Source: Eledone cirrhosa (lineage: Eukaryota). From it: a DNA stretch of 64,000 bases. The notes beneath the pieces are model-generated. The model was not told the origin of the DNA. It saw nothing but the letters and a program-made list of their open reading frames with translations, and made no database searches. Shown here piece after piece: positions 44,363 to 59,339 of the stretch. Position numbers and translations under genes: made by a program. How positions within the stretch are numbered: position 1 is the first letter of the stretch; every line of letters begins with the position of its first letter. The stretch spans positions 119,660,001 through 119,724,000 of the forward strand of contig OZ024745.1 in NCBI GenBank assembly GCA_964016885.1, read 5' to 3'.

Positions 44363-44710
44363 TATTGGTAAATGGAAAAGAAAATGCTGACAAATTGTTC
44401 CCAGTGAAAAATAGTTTAATTAGGAATAAGCAAAAATTAGTAACTGTATTGGTTAGTATTCAGTTTTGGTTTTAAGTTTTACCGGTTGCGCATTTCTAAT
44501 GCTTTTCAAAAATAATTTTGAGCACGGGTGCTCTATCTCAAAATTATTTTTGAAAAGCATTAGAAAACTTAAAACCAAAACTGAATACTAACCAATACTA
44601 TTACTAATTTTTATTTATTCCTAATTAAACTATTTTTCACTGGGAACAATTTGTCAGCATTTTCTTTTCCTTTTACCAATATATCATAACTCGTGTGTTA
44701 CACTTCTTTT
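44363..44710. mobile_element. TA-flanked fold-back element with UUGAAAA hammerhead-like motif (44477-44512, minus)
   Basis: About 160-bp arms; TTT-TTGAAAA-GCATT-aga-AATGC-GCAA-CCGG-TA-AAA. Confidence 0.7.
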
Positions 44711-44761
44711 AAATATATATATGTATATATATGTATATATACGTGTATATATAAATGTATA

Positions 44762-44828
<67 letters not shown>

Positions 44829-45233
44829 AGATATATATATATATATATAAATAAATATACACGGGTGTGTATGATTGTGTAGAGAAGATTATATTAATAA
44901 AAGGGATTCCAACTTTGTCTGATATACTCGTTTTATTTACAATCCTTTAAAGTTATAATGACATTATAAGGACTTGGCATGGTAGAATATTAAATGTTAA
45001 GTGTTAATTGAACAAGTACAACATTCATGCTTTCGCAATCTTCAGGCTCAAATTCAGTGGTGACAGTCAAGTTTGCAATATTCATATGTATATATATATG
45101 TATATATATATGTATATATATATGTATATATATATGTATATATATTTATATATATATATATATGTATATATATATGTATATATATATGTATATATATTTA
45201 TATATATATATATGTAAATGTATTTATATATAC

Positions 45234-45305
<72 letters not shown>

Positions 45306-45389
45306 CACAGATTTATTTTTTTAGTTTCAGAAGATCCCGTTAAGGGTGAAAGCAGCTATTCTTTGCATAAACTTTAATCTGTTATTTTC

Positions 45390-45473
<84 letters not shown>

Positions 45474-45604
45474 GAGTTAAACAATATTCAATGAGTATAT
45501 CAAAGAATGAGTTTTACAGTAGCACTCTACGGAAAATAATTTTCCAGAGTTATTAATATTAAAATACAAATATTAATAAAATAGATGTTCTTTTTATCAA
45601 TTAC

Positions 45605-45657
45605 ATTTTATTATACACATTTCAGATGTACAACAGTACGTCCTCATCAGACAAAAT
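45605..45657 (-). ncRNA. Hammerhead ribozyme family A2
   Basis: ATTTTGT-CTGATGA-...-GAAA-TGTGTA-TA-ATAAAAT; island 45470-45730 is homologous to 10802-11072. Confidence 0.7.
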
Positions 45658-46284
45658 ATAATGATACATGACATACCCTGAGATGTTAAATGGTTAAGAT
45701 TTAATCAAGGTACCTTGATTAAATCTTAACCATTTAGGAGACTTCCGAGGGACATTCGTGGAGAAAGCGCATTAAAAAGCCACAGTGACCCTGACCAATA
45801 ATAATAATAAGAAGAAGAATCCGACTCCATATGTATCGCATTTTGTGTATATATCCCGTTTATTAATGTTCCTAGATGAAACAACTCCTCCAATGAACTA
45901 AGTTCGTTATATATAATATATTTTGTTGCACAGCTTCTGTAACAATTTCTACTGCAGTCACACCATTGCACTGATGACGGCCATTTCTCAGTTCATGAAA
46001 TCCTTTTCACCTGTTGAACGAAATATGCAGAATAACTTATTTCAATATTGATGTTAATCAGGTGCTTATTTCTTTCATAAGTATTCTCTGCTTTCAATTT
46101 GGATCTATTCATGTTCTCCAGCTTTCACTCATGTCTATATGTTTTGTTACTACTTTGTTTTCCCATGCATTATATATATATATATATGTAAACACACACA
46201 CGCAAACACCCACACCCACACCCACACACATATATGTGTGTGTGTATACACAGCGCACACATACAGAGACACATACACACACAT

Positions 46285-46344
<60 letters not shown>

Positions 46345-46347
<3 letters not shown>

Positions 46348-46874
46348 GTAAAATAACGGAGTAAATGTCTCGCGTATAATCCTTTAACCAAATGAGCTCA
46401 AAGGAAAGAGTTTTCCTAGCCACTCTAAAATACAATATATAGAGGGGAAAAACACAGAAAAGTGTGTTTTCCTTTACAGGAATTTCAAACCACCAGCGTG
46501 GATAGAATATAAGCTAAAAGAGGATTAGGAAAAACATCAAAATTAATAGTAAAAATTAAAATGAGAAAACAACCTCAAAGTAAATCACACATGTACAAAC
46601 TTACAATAGTTCCCTCTTTATTAGTGCGGACAATATCAGTCTTTGCACATGCTGATGACCCACTAGGCCGAATTGGAACCCACTAAATGGCAAAACAATC
46701 TCCTGGTGAGTTTGTACATGTGTGATTTAGTTATGAGTTTGTTTTCTCATTATAATTTATACTATTAATTATATGGTTTTTCCTATGCCTCTTTTAGCTT
46801 ATATTCTCTTCACGCTGGTGGTTTGTAATTCCTGTAAAGGAAAACACACTCTCCTGTGTTTTTCCTCTCTATAT

Positions 46875-46880
<6 letters not shown>
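46345..46880. mobile_element. TA-flanked fold-back element (about 165-bp arms)
   Basis: 46431-46600 is inverted at 46708-46880. Confidence 0.7.
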
Positions 46881-46924
<44 letters not shown>

Positions 46925-47309
46925 TATAAGGAACAATATTTAATAAAATATTACATATGTTTCTTTATCGATCAGCTCGAGGCAAGATCTATTATAGATC
47001 AAAGCTGACTCTGTAATTGAAAGTTCGTCAGATATGCTTGTTCCTTATTGTTATAGTTTTATACTCTGCTCTGCACGAACATCGAGTGCTCAACCTGCAT
47101 ACAACCTATGAATGCATTTTTCAGGCAACCATACAACTATATATATATATATATAGTAATAATAATAAATTTGAAGACTAAAATCCAAAGAGGGCTCGAT
47201 AAGGATAAATATATATCAAATATATATTATTTCCGCCAATATTATTACAACAATATGACCCTCCCCAAGTATAACAATATATATATATATAAAACTCACC
47301 TCCTACATA

Positions 47310-48328
47310 CCTGGTGCAATAAGTAGCAGCATGTGCCCACAGAATACTAGCTCATTCCATTGCACAGATGGTTCTATAGAAATAGTGGACACCTTCCGGT
47401 ACCTGGATGACAAAATGAGCAATGGGGGGGGGGTGCTCTGAAAGTACAGTAGCTAGAGTCAGAACGGGATAGAAAAAGTTCAGAGAGCTTATACCACTAT
47501 TGGCCGTTAAAGGGTTCTCTTTAAAAATGAAAGACAGGCTGTATGATGCCTGCATACGAACAGCAATGTTACATGGCAGTGAGACCTGGGCATTGTGTGC
47601 AGAGGATATACGCAGACTGGAGAGGAGCGAAGCTTGCATGCTCCGCTGGATGTGTAATAGTAATATACGTGAACGGCAAAGCATAAAAGAACTAAGGGAG
47701 TAATTAGGAATAAGACGGATCAGATGTTGTTTACTCGAGAGAAGACTACGTTGGTACGGTCACGTGATGCGCATGAAAGACGACAGCTGTATAAAAAAGT
47801 GCAGGGTGATAAAAATAGACGGTAACCACAGAGTAGGCAGACCCAGAAAAACCTAGGACGACTTGATAAATTCCGACCTCACACACTTACACATCTCCAA
47901 GACAATGTCACTGGACCGAGATCTTTGGCGCTACACAGTAATACAGAAGACCCACCTTGCCTAAGTACAAAGCGAAACCTACATTCAGTAGGCACCTCTA
48001 ACAAAAATACACACCTGTCCCACTAACCCCACCCCATCCACACCACCCTTTCAATGAGAAGTTATGTTAGTACCACAACATCCAGTCCGAAACAAATGAG
48101 GTCGTATAGGAGTCACGACAAAAAACACACAGTCCACGCTGTAATGTGGTCGTGTAGGTAACACGGTAAACACCACCCAGTCCATATTGTAAACGTGGTT
48201 GGTGTTAGGAAGGGCATCCAGCCGTAGAAAACCCGCCAGATAGTCCTATACGAGCAAGACAACCAATCTTGCCTCAAGTGGGAAAACTCCCGTCTAAACC
48301 CATGCAAGCGTGGAGATGGACGTTAAAC

Positions 48329-48362
<34 letters not shown>
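47310..48362 (+). mobile_element. RTE-clade LINE 3' fragment with (GAT)n tail
   Basis: LYDACIRTAMLHGSETW...MLRWMC...RRLRWYGHVMR; 3' GGAAGGGCATCCAGCCGTAGAAA. Confidence 0.85.
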
Positions 48363-48364
<2 letters not shown>

Positions 48365-48514
48365 ATATATATATATATGAGCAAAAGGCATATATAATCT
48401 GTTGGTAATTCAACAAATAACTGTTTATAACTGATCAAAGCACTCGACAAGTTTTCTAGAGTATAATATGCAATGATATTAAATAAATGGAAATTATATT
48501 TATAAGACCATATT

Positions 48515-48575
48515 TACTCTATAATATATATTTCAAGGGTACCAACATTTTGGTACACTCTCATCAGATAAAATA
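48515..48575 (-). ncRNA. Type I hammerhead ribozyme (A-related)
   Basis: TATTTTAT-CTGATGA-gagtGTACCAA-aatg-TTGGTACcctt-GAAA-TATATA-TT-ATAGAGTA. Confidence 0.75.
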
Positions 48576-48638
48576 CAAAGTTTGTTTTATAAATATTGAC
48601 ATAACCAGGAAGAAGATCTTAACGGTTCAAATTTTCCC

Positions 48639-48671
<33 letters not shown>

Positions 48672-48673
<2 letters not shown>

Positions 48674-48938
48674 AGGAGGTTATAGTTCATTTGAAGCATT
48701 GTGTAATGAGGTATAAACGTTTGTATATGTATAATAAAGCCAAAACAATGCAGGTATGGACATAGAATAAAGAATGCAAATGCAAAAGATATTGTTGACA
48801 ATTAGTCTTTTACCTTAGATTTATTTAAATGTTCTTAGGTAAAAGACTAATTGTCAACAATATATTTTGCATTTGCATTCTTTATTCTATGGCCATACCT
48901 GCATTGTTTTCGCTTTATTATACATATACAAACGTTTT
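48672..48938. mobile_element. TA-flanked fold-back element (about 105-bp arms)
   Basis: 48715-48819 is inverted at 48833-48938. Confidence 0.7.
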
Positions 48939-49043
48939 TATATATATATATATGACATGATTAGAAAACGGCGGCGGGAATGGACAATTGAAATTTAATT
49001 TACTTTACAAATTCCACCGCAGTATTCTAATCATGTGACGTTT

Positions 49044-49083
<40 letters not shown>

Positions 49084-49089
49084 GCACAC

Positions 49090-49131
<42 letters not shown>

Positions 49132-50264
49132 CGCTGACATATCTGGGGCGTGTTCACAGAACAACAGAAAGAGAAATATTTTTTATTGATAGCGAGGCTC
49201 TCATATGTTTATTGATAATGCTGCTAGTCAAAATCAATTCACACATCAGTTTCAATTTAAACTTATTAGTTTAGTAACCAGATCGTTGTGTAATTCTGAA
49301 AGCTCTTTCTGTGAAATTCTTAATGAATATATTTGCTTCTCTGTGACGCATCTTTGTTTTGTTCTTGTATCTGTTCCATCTCGACGCTTCATAGTGTATA
49401 TTTGGTCTAATTAGGCCAGTGTGTTTGTGTCTCTGTGTGTATCTTTGTGTGCTGTAACTTAGACAAACTTCTGTATTTGGTATGTGTATACGTGTGAGAA
49501 TGTGTGCCTCAGTATGTATGTGTGTCTTTACTTCTTGTTTCTCTCTTCCACGTTTTTGTGAGGTGAGCATATTTCCTTTTCATTGTCTTTCCCGTCACCA
49601 GGTAGATGTTATTTTATTCCTGTGATATATTTGGTCGTCAAGTATGATATTTTTAGAAATTTGTAGGAAAAATTAAATTTCTACAAATTTCTTACTTGAC
49701 GACACAAAATATGTGATGGGTTTATGTCTACATGCGCAAACATTTAGTTTTATTCTTATGTGACATCAAGTAGAGATGGGATGAGGCAGTTGCACCACAA
49801 GGAATGTCAATATAAATATTATTTACATAAACTGAGTAAATTACTAAAATACATGGAAAAGATTGCGCAGAATTATCAGTGGGAATCGAACAATTTCAGG
49901 TTTATTCAGAACGAACACATTTATTCATTACACCAGTTGGAATCCAGCCGCTAAGTATGGCCTCATGAATCTTAGAACTATTGGGAAAATTTGATTTGAG
50001 AAAAATATGTTAACATTTTCGGGAAAACGTGTCACTAAACTTATCACTCAAAAAGGTCATTGAAAAGTACGTGCAATATCGATCTATCTATTTCTGTCTG
50101 TCTCTCTCTATATATAGGAAAAGAGACAGGACCCAGATGACAGAGCGCCGGCCGTTTCGAGAGCTAAATGCGAACAGTTAACTATTTTTCTCATTTTGAC
50201 GCTATAATCACTTATATATTATGGAGTACTGTTGGCTTTTTGCTACAATATTTTCTATACCTTT

Positions 50265-50306
<42 letters not shown>

Positions 50307-50499
50307 GCGTGTCTGTGTGTAACATTAAGTGCTGAAAGTGGTGAGTCAATAAACTATATATACAAAATATAAAACATAATTTTCTGTGAGTATTGAAGTT
50401 ACCTCGATTTTGATGTGATCTCTAGTCCCTACTCCGGAAATAAACGTGAAACGGGAGATACACGAACCTTTAACTCACATATACATAATTACACATACA

Positions 50500-50534
<35 letters not shown>

Positions 50535-50540
<6 letters not shown>

Positions 50541-50697
50541 GAAAAACGAGGAAGTTTCGTTTACATATGAAAAATATTTATTGCGTATCGACCTATTACG
50601 CGCGTTTCGCAGACGATTGGCTCAATGTGAAAGGTCGGGAGGCAATAAATATTTTTTTATATGTAAACGAAACTTCCTCGTTTTTTTCTATTATATA
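50535..50697. mobile_element. TA-flanked fold-back element with hammerhead 3' half
   Basis: About 50-bp arms; centre reads GAAA-CGCGCG-TA on the minus strand. Confidence 0.6.
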
Positions 50698-51175
50698 CAC
50701 TGTGCTTGTGCATAGATTGCTTGTTTCCAACACCAGTATTACATCGCACTACCTACATATGTATATATATATATATAATGTTCATATTTGTATGTATATA
50801 TCTGAGTACAGCAGATTTATTCCATAGACAGTTAGAAAGAGGAAATGGGAAAGTTGACCTCGGCGAGCGAGATTTGAACTCGGAGAGCAGCGAGCCGGAA
50901 CGAATACCCTAAAGTATTCTATTGATCCGACGTTCTAACGACTCTGCCAATTCACCACCTTATATTAATATATATACATGTAAATATATACATATAAATA
51001 TACATATAAATATATATTTATGCATATATATATATGATCCTCCCCAAATATAACAATATATATATATATACATATATATTCATTAGTTAAGCAAAACAAG
51101 ACCACACATTTCACAAGGAAGACATTATTAAAAGATTGTCAACATATTTTAGTTTGATGTAAGTAATGTAGAGAA

Positions 51176-51228
<53 letters not shown>

Positions 51229-51257
51229 TTAATAATAATAATAATATTAATAATAAT

Positions 51258-51442
51258 AATAATTGTTTCTACTTTAGGCACAAGGCCAGCAATTACCCAG
51301 TGCATTACTGGTACTTTATTTTATCGACCTCGTAAGGATGAAAGGCAAAGTAAGCCTCGGCGGGATTTGAACTCAGATTGTAAAGGGACGTAACTACGCT
51401 GGAAAGCATGGCGTCCGACCCTCTACCGATACTGCCAATCCA
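51258..51442 (-). mobile_element. tRNA-derived SINE with expanded (AAT)n tail
   Basis: Family match; tail at 51173-51262. Confidence 0.85.
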
Positions 51443-51606
51443 AGCTGCTTTCTACTGCATATTGCACATTGAGCACATGACTTTACGCTTTGGCTTCTAA
51501 CTAATTCACCAATATCTCCTCTCCTATCTCCTCTCCTATCTCCATCTCTCTATTTAAGATTGGTTACTCTTGAACTGTGTTTATATATATATATATATAA
51601 ACACAG

Positions 51607-51682
<76 letters not shown>

Positions 51683-51896
51683 GTATTCATATATACATAC
51701 ATATATATATATATATAAATATATATATATATAAGAGCCGTCGAAACGGCTTGAGCTCAGCCGTCGGGGTCCTACTCGTTGCTATTACCCACTCTACTAC
51801 CCTAAGTATTGAGTACTTTGGTGCGTTATGGTACACCTGGTTCCTTACCACATTTCCTTCGTTATATATATACATATATATATATATATATGTCTG

Positions 51897-52007
<111 letters not shown>

Positions 52008-52022
52008 GTATGTATATATGAA

Positions 52023-52073
<51 letters not shown>

Positions 52074-52107
52074 TAGCTTTGTTGAATGATCAAGAAACCA
52101 AACAACT

Positions 52108-52218
<111 letters not shown>

Positions 52219-52219
52219 A

Positions 52220-52393
52220 AGAATTAGTTACACAGTTAGTTCACCTTACCGATTACGAGCTGAGGATCCGCTAAGGTGAAACAAATGTTTCTGGGTATAA
52301 TGAATTAACTTTTGTGTAACCACTTCTACCTAACTCGTCCCATGGACTGAGTGCTCTACCACTACGGATATTACCTTCCAGTGTTCTACCACC
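52220..52393 (+). mobile_element. Hammerhead element family D (ribozyme about 52256-52293)
   Basis: CGAG-CTGAGGA-TCC..GGT-GAAA-CAAATG-TT; ends CCAGTGTTCTACCACC(TA)n. Confidence 0.7.
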
Positions 52394-52472
<79 letters not shown>

Positions 52473-52521
52473 TATATGTATATATATATATATATGTATA
52501 TAAATATATATATATATAAAT

Positions 52522-52572
<51 letters not shown>

Positions 52573-53127
52573 TATATACATATATATACATATATTTATA
52601 TATATTAAGTCTGTGTCTGAGTGTGTGTATATAGATTAATACGTATATAATACATATATACATACATACCTACATTACATTACATGGGAATGAACATGTA
52701 TCCTCCATAAAAACCAGTATTTTTCTCTTTGTTTAAATTTTCTGTTTTATTATATAAATTACACCGTACCACTGCCGACGCTAGACTATATAAAACATGT
52801 TTACACATATCCGGATATGCTTGCTCATTTTTTAGACTAATTCTGTTGACGGGCTGAGAGGAAAGGTATATTTCAACATCCAGACAACTTATCCATTTAG
52901 TCGCAGGTCGGAATACACATATCATGGTAAGTCACTATCACAAGTTGTACATGTTTTAAATTGTAACTGTCCTTTAATAATAAGTTGAAGTATAGTTTTT
53001 TTTCGGTTTCATATCAATCGCATTGAGATTGTTAATGTTCCTAATGGTCAATGTATATTTGAAATGTATTCCACAGACACACATGCAGACACACACACAC
53101 ACGCATACACACACAAAGACATACACA

Positions 53128-53184
<57 letters not shown>

Positions 53185-53281
53185 ATGTATATATGTATAT
53201 AGACACACAAACACACACACACACACACGCACGTATCTATATATATAATTATACATACACACACACACGCACGTATATATA

Positions 53282-53353
<72 letters not shown>

Positions 53354-53400
53354 ATTATGGAATGCTGTTCGCTTTTCGCTGCAGTGTTTTCTATACCTTC

Positions 53401-53451
<51 letters not shown>

Positions 53452-53463
53452 TGTATATATATA

Positions 53464-53506
<43 letters not shown>

Positions 53507-53574
53507 CGTGTGTTTGTGTAAAAGGCGAGAATATATTTATTGTATTTACGAAGCTACAACGTTGTCTAGTATTG

Positions 53575-53647
<73 letters not shown>

Positions 53648-53845
53648 GTATGTATGTATGTGTGTATATATGCATATATGTATATATATATTTGCTAGGT
53701 TGTTTGTGCGAATCATTCAGGCTAAAGTTCATTTAGGAACACACGTACATTCAATCAATTATTCATACGAACGCTTCCCGAAAATATACACACGCACGCA
53801 ATTCCACTCACAAATACACATACAGAACAGAGAATTATGTATATA

Positions 53846-53968
<123 letters not shown>

Positions 53969-54000
53969 TCACAAATACACATACAGAACAGAGAATTATG

Positions 54001-54043
<43 letters not shown>

Positions 54044-54061
54044 TTATATATATACATATAT

Positions 54062-54309
<248 letters not shown>

Positions 54310-54329
54310 CATATATATATTTATATATA

Positions 54330-54558
54330 GAAGTGGTTACACAACAGTTAGTTCACCATACCGAGAACATGATTGGTTATACGGAACAGGTATCTCTTAC
54401 CTGTTCCGTATAACCATGCCCATTACGAGCTGAGGATCCGTTAAGGTGAAACAATTGTTCCCGGTGGGGTGAACTAACTGTTATGTAACCACATCTACCT
54501 AACTCGTCCCATGGACCTAGTGCTCTACCACTACGGATATTACCTTCCAGTGTTCTAC

Positions 54559-54562
<4 letters not shown>
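54330..54562 (+). mobile_element. Hammerhead element family D (ribozyme 54426-54463)
   Basis: CGAG-CTGAGGA-TCC-gttaa-GGT-GAAA-CAATTG-TT-CCCG, preceded by an inverted partial copy. Confidence 0.75.
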
Positions 54563-54625
<63 letters not shown>

Positions 54626-54639
54626 TATATGTATGTATA

Positions 54640-55210
54640 TATTTCGTTTCTGAATTTGTTTAGCAAGATTCTTTATCTCAAAACGTGTCTTGAAACCGAT
54701 ATTGTTATACTTTGGGAGGGTCATATTGCCAATAAAAAACGCGCGCATCAGGAGTGTCACTACAATTTATTATGAATTAAATTATAAATTTAAACAATTT
54801 ATAAATATTTATAAATTTCCGGTTGGTATCTTGGTTCCACAACCGGACGGTTGTTCTTATATTGTCAAAGTTATTTCGTCACACATTCTGTGACCTCATC
54901 CATGACTTTGTTCTGTCATTTGTTCTGCCCTACGCCATCTCGTTTTTACAAGATGGCGTAGGACAGAACAAAAGAGAGGCACAAAACAAAGAAAAGAATC
55001 CCCGGTCATTGACGAGGTCACATAATGTGTGACGAAAGAACTTTGACAATATATGAACAACCGTCCGGTTGTGGAACCAACCAACCATCCAGAAATTTAT
55101 AAATTTTTATAATTCTTTTTAAATTTATAATTCAATTTATAATAAATTTGAGTGAATTTTCTGGTGCGTGTGTTTCATATTGGCAACATGACCCTCTCGA
55201 AGTGTAACAA
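54640..55210. mobile_element. Hammerhead element family C, fold-back dimer (ribozymes 54864-54906 minus; 55005-55047 plus)
   Basis: Arms are reverse complements; motif as at 18806. Confidence 0.75.
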
Positions 55211-55216
55211 TATATT

Positions 55217-55251
<35 letters not shown>

Positions 55252-55289
55252 CCACACACAAATATATATATCTAAAGTCTAATGTCTCA

Positions 55290-55537
55290 CTTAAGCCAGA
55301 ATGCTCATTTGGACGCTGCTTATCAAGGTTTCATGGTTGATGCGACTGAGAGTACAAGACCCCGAGAACGCCAGTCCATGGTAGGATTAAACCTCCAGCT
55401 GTTGCATGTACTCATTTTCAGCTGAGTATATTGGAGCAACGTGAAATGAAGTGTTTTGCTCAAGAACACAACATGCTACCCAAGATTCGAAACCCCGACA
55501 TTATGATCATAAGTCCAACACCCTTACCACTAGCTAA
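55290..55537 (-). mobile_element. tRNA-derived SINE, Deu/Nin-like family
   Basis: A-box TAGCTAGTGG, B-box GTTTCGAATC, core CTCAGCTGAAAATGAGTAC. Confidence 0.65.
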
Positions 55538-55548
55538 GGGTGTCTCCA

Positions 55549-55615
<67 letters not shown>

Positions 55616-55686
55616 AATATATATATATATATACAAATATATATATATATAAATATATATATATATAAATATATATATATATAAAT

Positions 55687-55731
<45 letters not shown>

Positions 55732-55781
55732 TATATATATATAAATATATATATATATAAATATATAAATATATATATATA

Positions 55782-55813
<32 letters not shown>

Positions 55814-55818
55814 CAAAT

Positions 55819-55849
<31 letters not shown>

Positions 55850-55863
55850 CATATATATATACA

Positions 55864-55968
<105 letters not shown>

Positions 55969-55969
55969 T

Positions 55970-56215
55970 TATTAAAATAACAGATTAAAGTTTAAGCAAA
56001 GAATCGCTGCCTTCACCCTTAACGGGATCTTCTGAAACTCTTTCACCCTTAACGGGATCTTGCAGATGATCCCGTTAAGGGTGAAAGCAGCGATTCTTTG
56101 CTTAAACTTTAATCTGTTATTTTAATAAATATTTGCTCTACGGTTCTTATATATTTGATATATATTTATCCTTATCGAGCCCTCTTTCGATTTTAGTCTT
56201 CAAATTTATTATTAT

Positions 56216-56220
<5 letters not shown>
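55970..56220. mobile_element. TA-flanked element family E, fold-back; other copies at 2885-2935, 45323-45395, 47155-47215, 58252-58325, 61952-62130
   Basis: Shared GATCCCGTTAAGGGTGAAAGCAGCGATTCTTTGCTTAAACTTTAATCTGTTATTTT; the 47.2-kb copy shares only the downstream segment. Confidence 0.75.
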
Positions 56221-56260
<40 letters not shown>

Positions 56261-56289
56261 AGTGGTTACACAACAGTTAGTTCACCATA

Positions 56290-56329
56290 CCGAGAACAAT
56301 TGTTTCACCTTCGCGGATCTTCAGCTCGG
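56290..56329 (-). ncRNA. Minimal type I hammerhead ribozyme, family D, intact core
   Basis: CCGAG-CTGAAGA-TCC-gcgaa-GGT-GAAA-CAATTG-TT-CTCGG. Confidence 0.85.
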
Positions 56330-56459
56330 GATGTGTATGGTTATAGGAACAGGAAGGACAACCGTACGGTTGTCTTTCCTGTTGTGTAACCACTTCTACC
56401 TAACTAGTCCCTTGGACTGAGTGCTCTACCACTACAGATATTACCTTCCAGTGTTCCAC

Positions 56460-56519
<60 letters not shown>

Positions 56520-56949
56520 ATACTTTGAGAGAGTCATGCTGCCAATAAAAACACATTTCATCACACATGCTGTGACCTCCTCAGTGACTATATATAAACA
56601 ACCATCCGTGTATTGAACCAATCGATCTGAAATTTATAATAGATTGAAGTGAAAACCAACAGGTGCGGGTGATTTTATTGACAGCATGCCCTTCCCTAAA
56701 TGTAACAATATTTGTTTCAACACCCGTTTCCACATAAGCAATCTTGCGACACAAATTCCAAAATGAAGTATATATATATATATATATATATATCGACAAC
56801 TAGATCCAAATTTATTTCGATTAGCCCGACGAGCCATTGATTAAAGAGTCGGGCTAGATCGATACAGATCGAACCTTGAGATGATCGCAGGAGAAACGCA
56901 CGTCACCAACCATTAAACGTAATGAATGGGTAACCACTCGTCCTTGTTC

Positions 56950-57093
56950 TATTGGCAGTATCGGTAGCGGGTCGTACGCCATGCTTTGACGCATAGAGTT
57001 ACGGCCCTTGCCATTAACTTTGCCTCTCATCCTTACGGGGTGGATAAAATAAACTACCAGTAATGCACTGGGTAATTGCTGGCCTTGTGCCAA
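56950..57093 (+). mobile_element. tRNA-derived SINE, internally deleted
   Basis: TTGGCAGTATCGG...CTGGCCTTGTGCCAAA. Confidence 0.8.
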
Positions 57094-57124
57094 ACATGGA
57101 AAGAATTATATGTATATATATATA

Positions 57125-57367
57125 TATATTGTTTTACTTGGGGAGGGTCATATTTGTGTAATATTGCCAGAATTAATAACAGAACACACTCACTGTTTGG
57201 TTGGTTTTCGCTTTTCGTTTTTCGCTTTCAGAAGCGAAAAGCGAAATCCAACCAAACAGTGAGTGTGTTCTGTTATTAATTCTGGCAATATTACACAAAT
57301 ATGACCCTCCCCAAGTATAACAATATTTGTTTCTACACACGATTTCATATAAAAAACCTCGCAAAAC

Positions 57368-57370
<3 letters not shown>
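57125..57370. mobile_element. TA-flanked fold-back element sharing the family C terminus
   Basis: 57128-57217 is inverted at 57232-57325; ATGACCCTCCCCAAGTATAACAAT. Confidence 0.7.
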
Positions 57371-57460
<90 letters not shown>

Positions 57461-57903
57461 ATAAGCAGCTGTCGGACCCACCATAATTATCAATGCCAGG
57501 ACCGGTTGTATCTCAACGTACTCAATAGGCAATGTAAGATACATTCCCAGAGTATGCACATAGTTATTCGCATCAATACAACACGTAAAACGGTTGCCTA
57601 TAACAGTTCCCGGACTCAAGTTTCGGCTACACTTAATGCAGCAGTAAGGTGCACTGCACCCTCTGTCTGCATATATTATGCAACAATGCATAATCGGTGT
57701 ATGTGTCTTCATCAGCGGGTATCGCCTAATCAATAACCAATCGATCGATAGAATCCAAACCCCAGCCCATTTCGCGTATGCTTGTGTATGTACGTATTTG
57801 TATGCGTGTATGTATTTATTTAATTTCTATTACCTCTGTATTGTATTTATTTACTTTATTCTTAACTCTGAAGCGGAGATTCATTCGCCTCCTAGTTAGA
57901 ATT

Positions 57904-58175
57904 TTAGTCTACGACTTCTGCTATACCTTTTACGTGGTTTTGTCTTTGCGTGCAATTGTTCTCCACGCTCCACATATGACGTATTATCTTCGTTTTTTTC
58001 GTTCATTGCCAGAGAACGTCTCTATGAACCACCTAAGAATACATTAGTCTACGACCTCTTTTATACCATAAACGTGGTTCTGTCTTTGCGCGTAATTGTT
58101 TTTCACTGCTCCTATTAATGACGTATTATATTCGTTTTTTCCCGTTCTTTGCCAGGGAACGTTTCCACGAACCAA
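57904..58175. repeat. Diverged 141-bp tandem duplication
   Basis: TTAGTCTACGAC at 57904 and 58045. Confidence 0.8.
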
Positions 58176-58319
58176 AGTATCGACTTCCTGTCTTCCTCCG
58201 ATTGCAACGTTCTTTGAAATATCCACTTCTGCGTTTACAGATTGACTTTGTTAGTTTCAGAAGATCCCGTTAAGGGTGAAAGCAGCGATTCTTTGCTTAA
58301 TCTTTAATCTGTTATTTTA

Positions 58320-58551
<232 letters not shown>

Positions 58552-58609
58552 ATACATATATGTATATATGCATGTGTATGTTTATATATATATATATATA
58601 TATATATGT

Positions 58610-58740
<131 letters not shown>

Positions 58741-58856
58741 TACATACATATGCATATATACATATATGTATACATATATATATACGCTAGCTTGGCCGTA
58801 TTGTAAAGCTTCGTCAATGCTGTACTAAAATTTATATATACATATATATATATGTG

Positions 58857-58889
<33 letters not shown>

Positions 58890-58890
<1 letters not shown>

Positions 58891-59149
58891 TCAACTAGAA
58901 ATTGATTGACATATACATATATATATATATAAAATAAACATATGAAACAATCACAGGGAACTTGACTACTGTGATCTACCGATTGATGGTGAAATATATT
59001 TCTTCGTTTAATGAAATATATACAAAGGAGATTAATCATTTTACAAGGTATCTATATTTGAAATTCTAGTTAAACTTTAACTAGTTACCTACTTAGCTGT
59101 GTGTGCTTACACACTTTACAAATTATTCCCTGTGATTGCTTCATATGTT

Positions 59150-59190
<41 letters not shown>

Positions 59191-59208
59191 AATCAATTTC
59201 TAGTTGAT
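58890..59208. mobile_element. TA-flanked inverted-repeat element
   Basis: TCAACTAGAAATTGATTGAC...AATCACAGGGAA is inverted at 59126-59207. Confidence 0.65.
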
Positions 59209-59339
59209 ATAAAATGCTCAGATCTATTCATTAGAATCTTTGAGCATATTCTACAGTGGATATGGCGCATGTCTCTCAGACATGACACCCTTAATTTAAT
59301 TTTGGATATATATATATATATATCAAATTTAATATAGAA

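Noticed and set aside
45726-46030. Possible minus-strand exon after TTCGTTCAACAG
   Set aside because: All three frames stop shortly after the acceptor; no recognisable domain
46645-46690. CTGATGA in the loop of a fold-back element
   Set aside because: No GAAA-stem III-UH or stem I could be fitted
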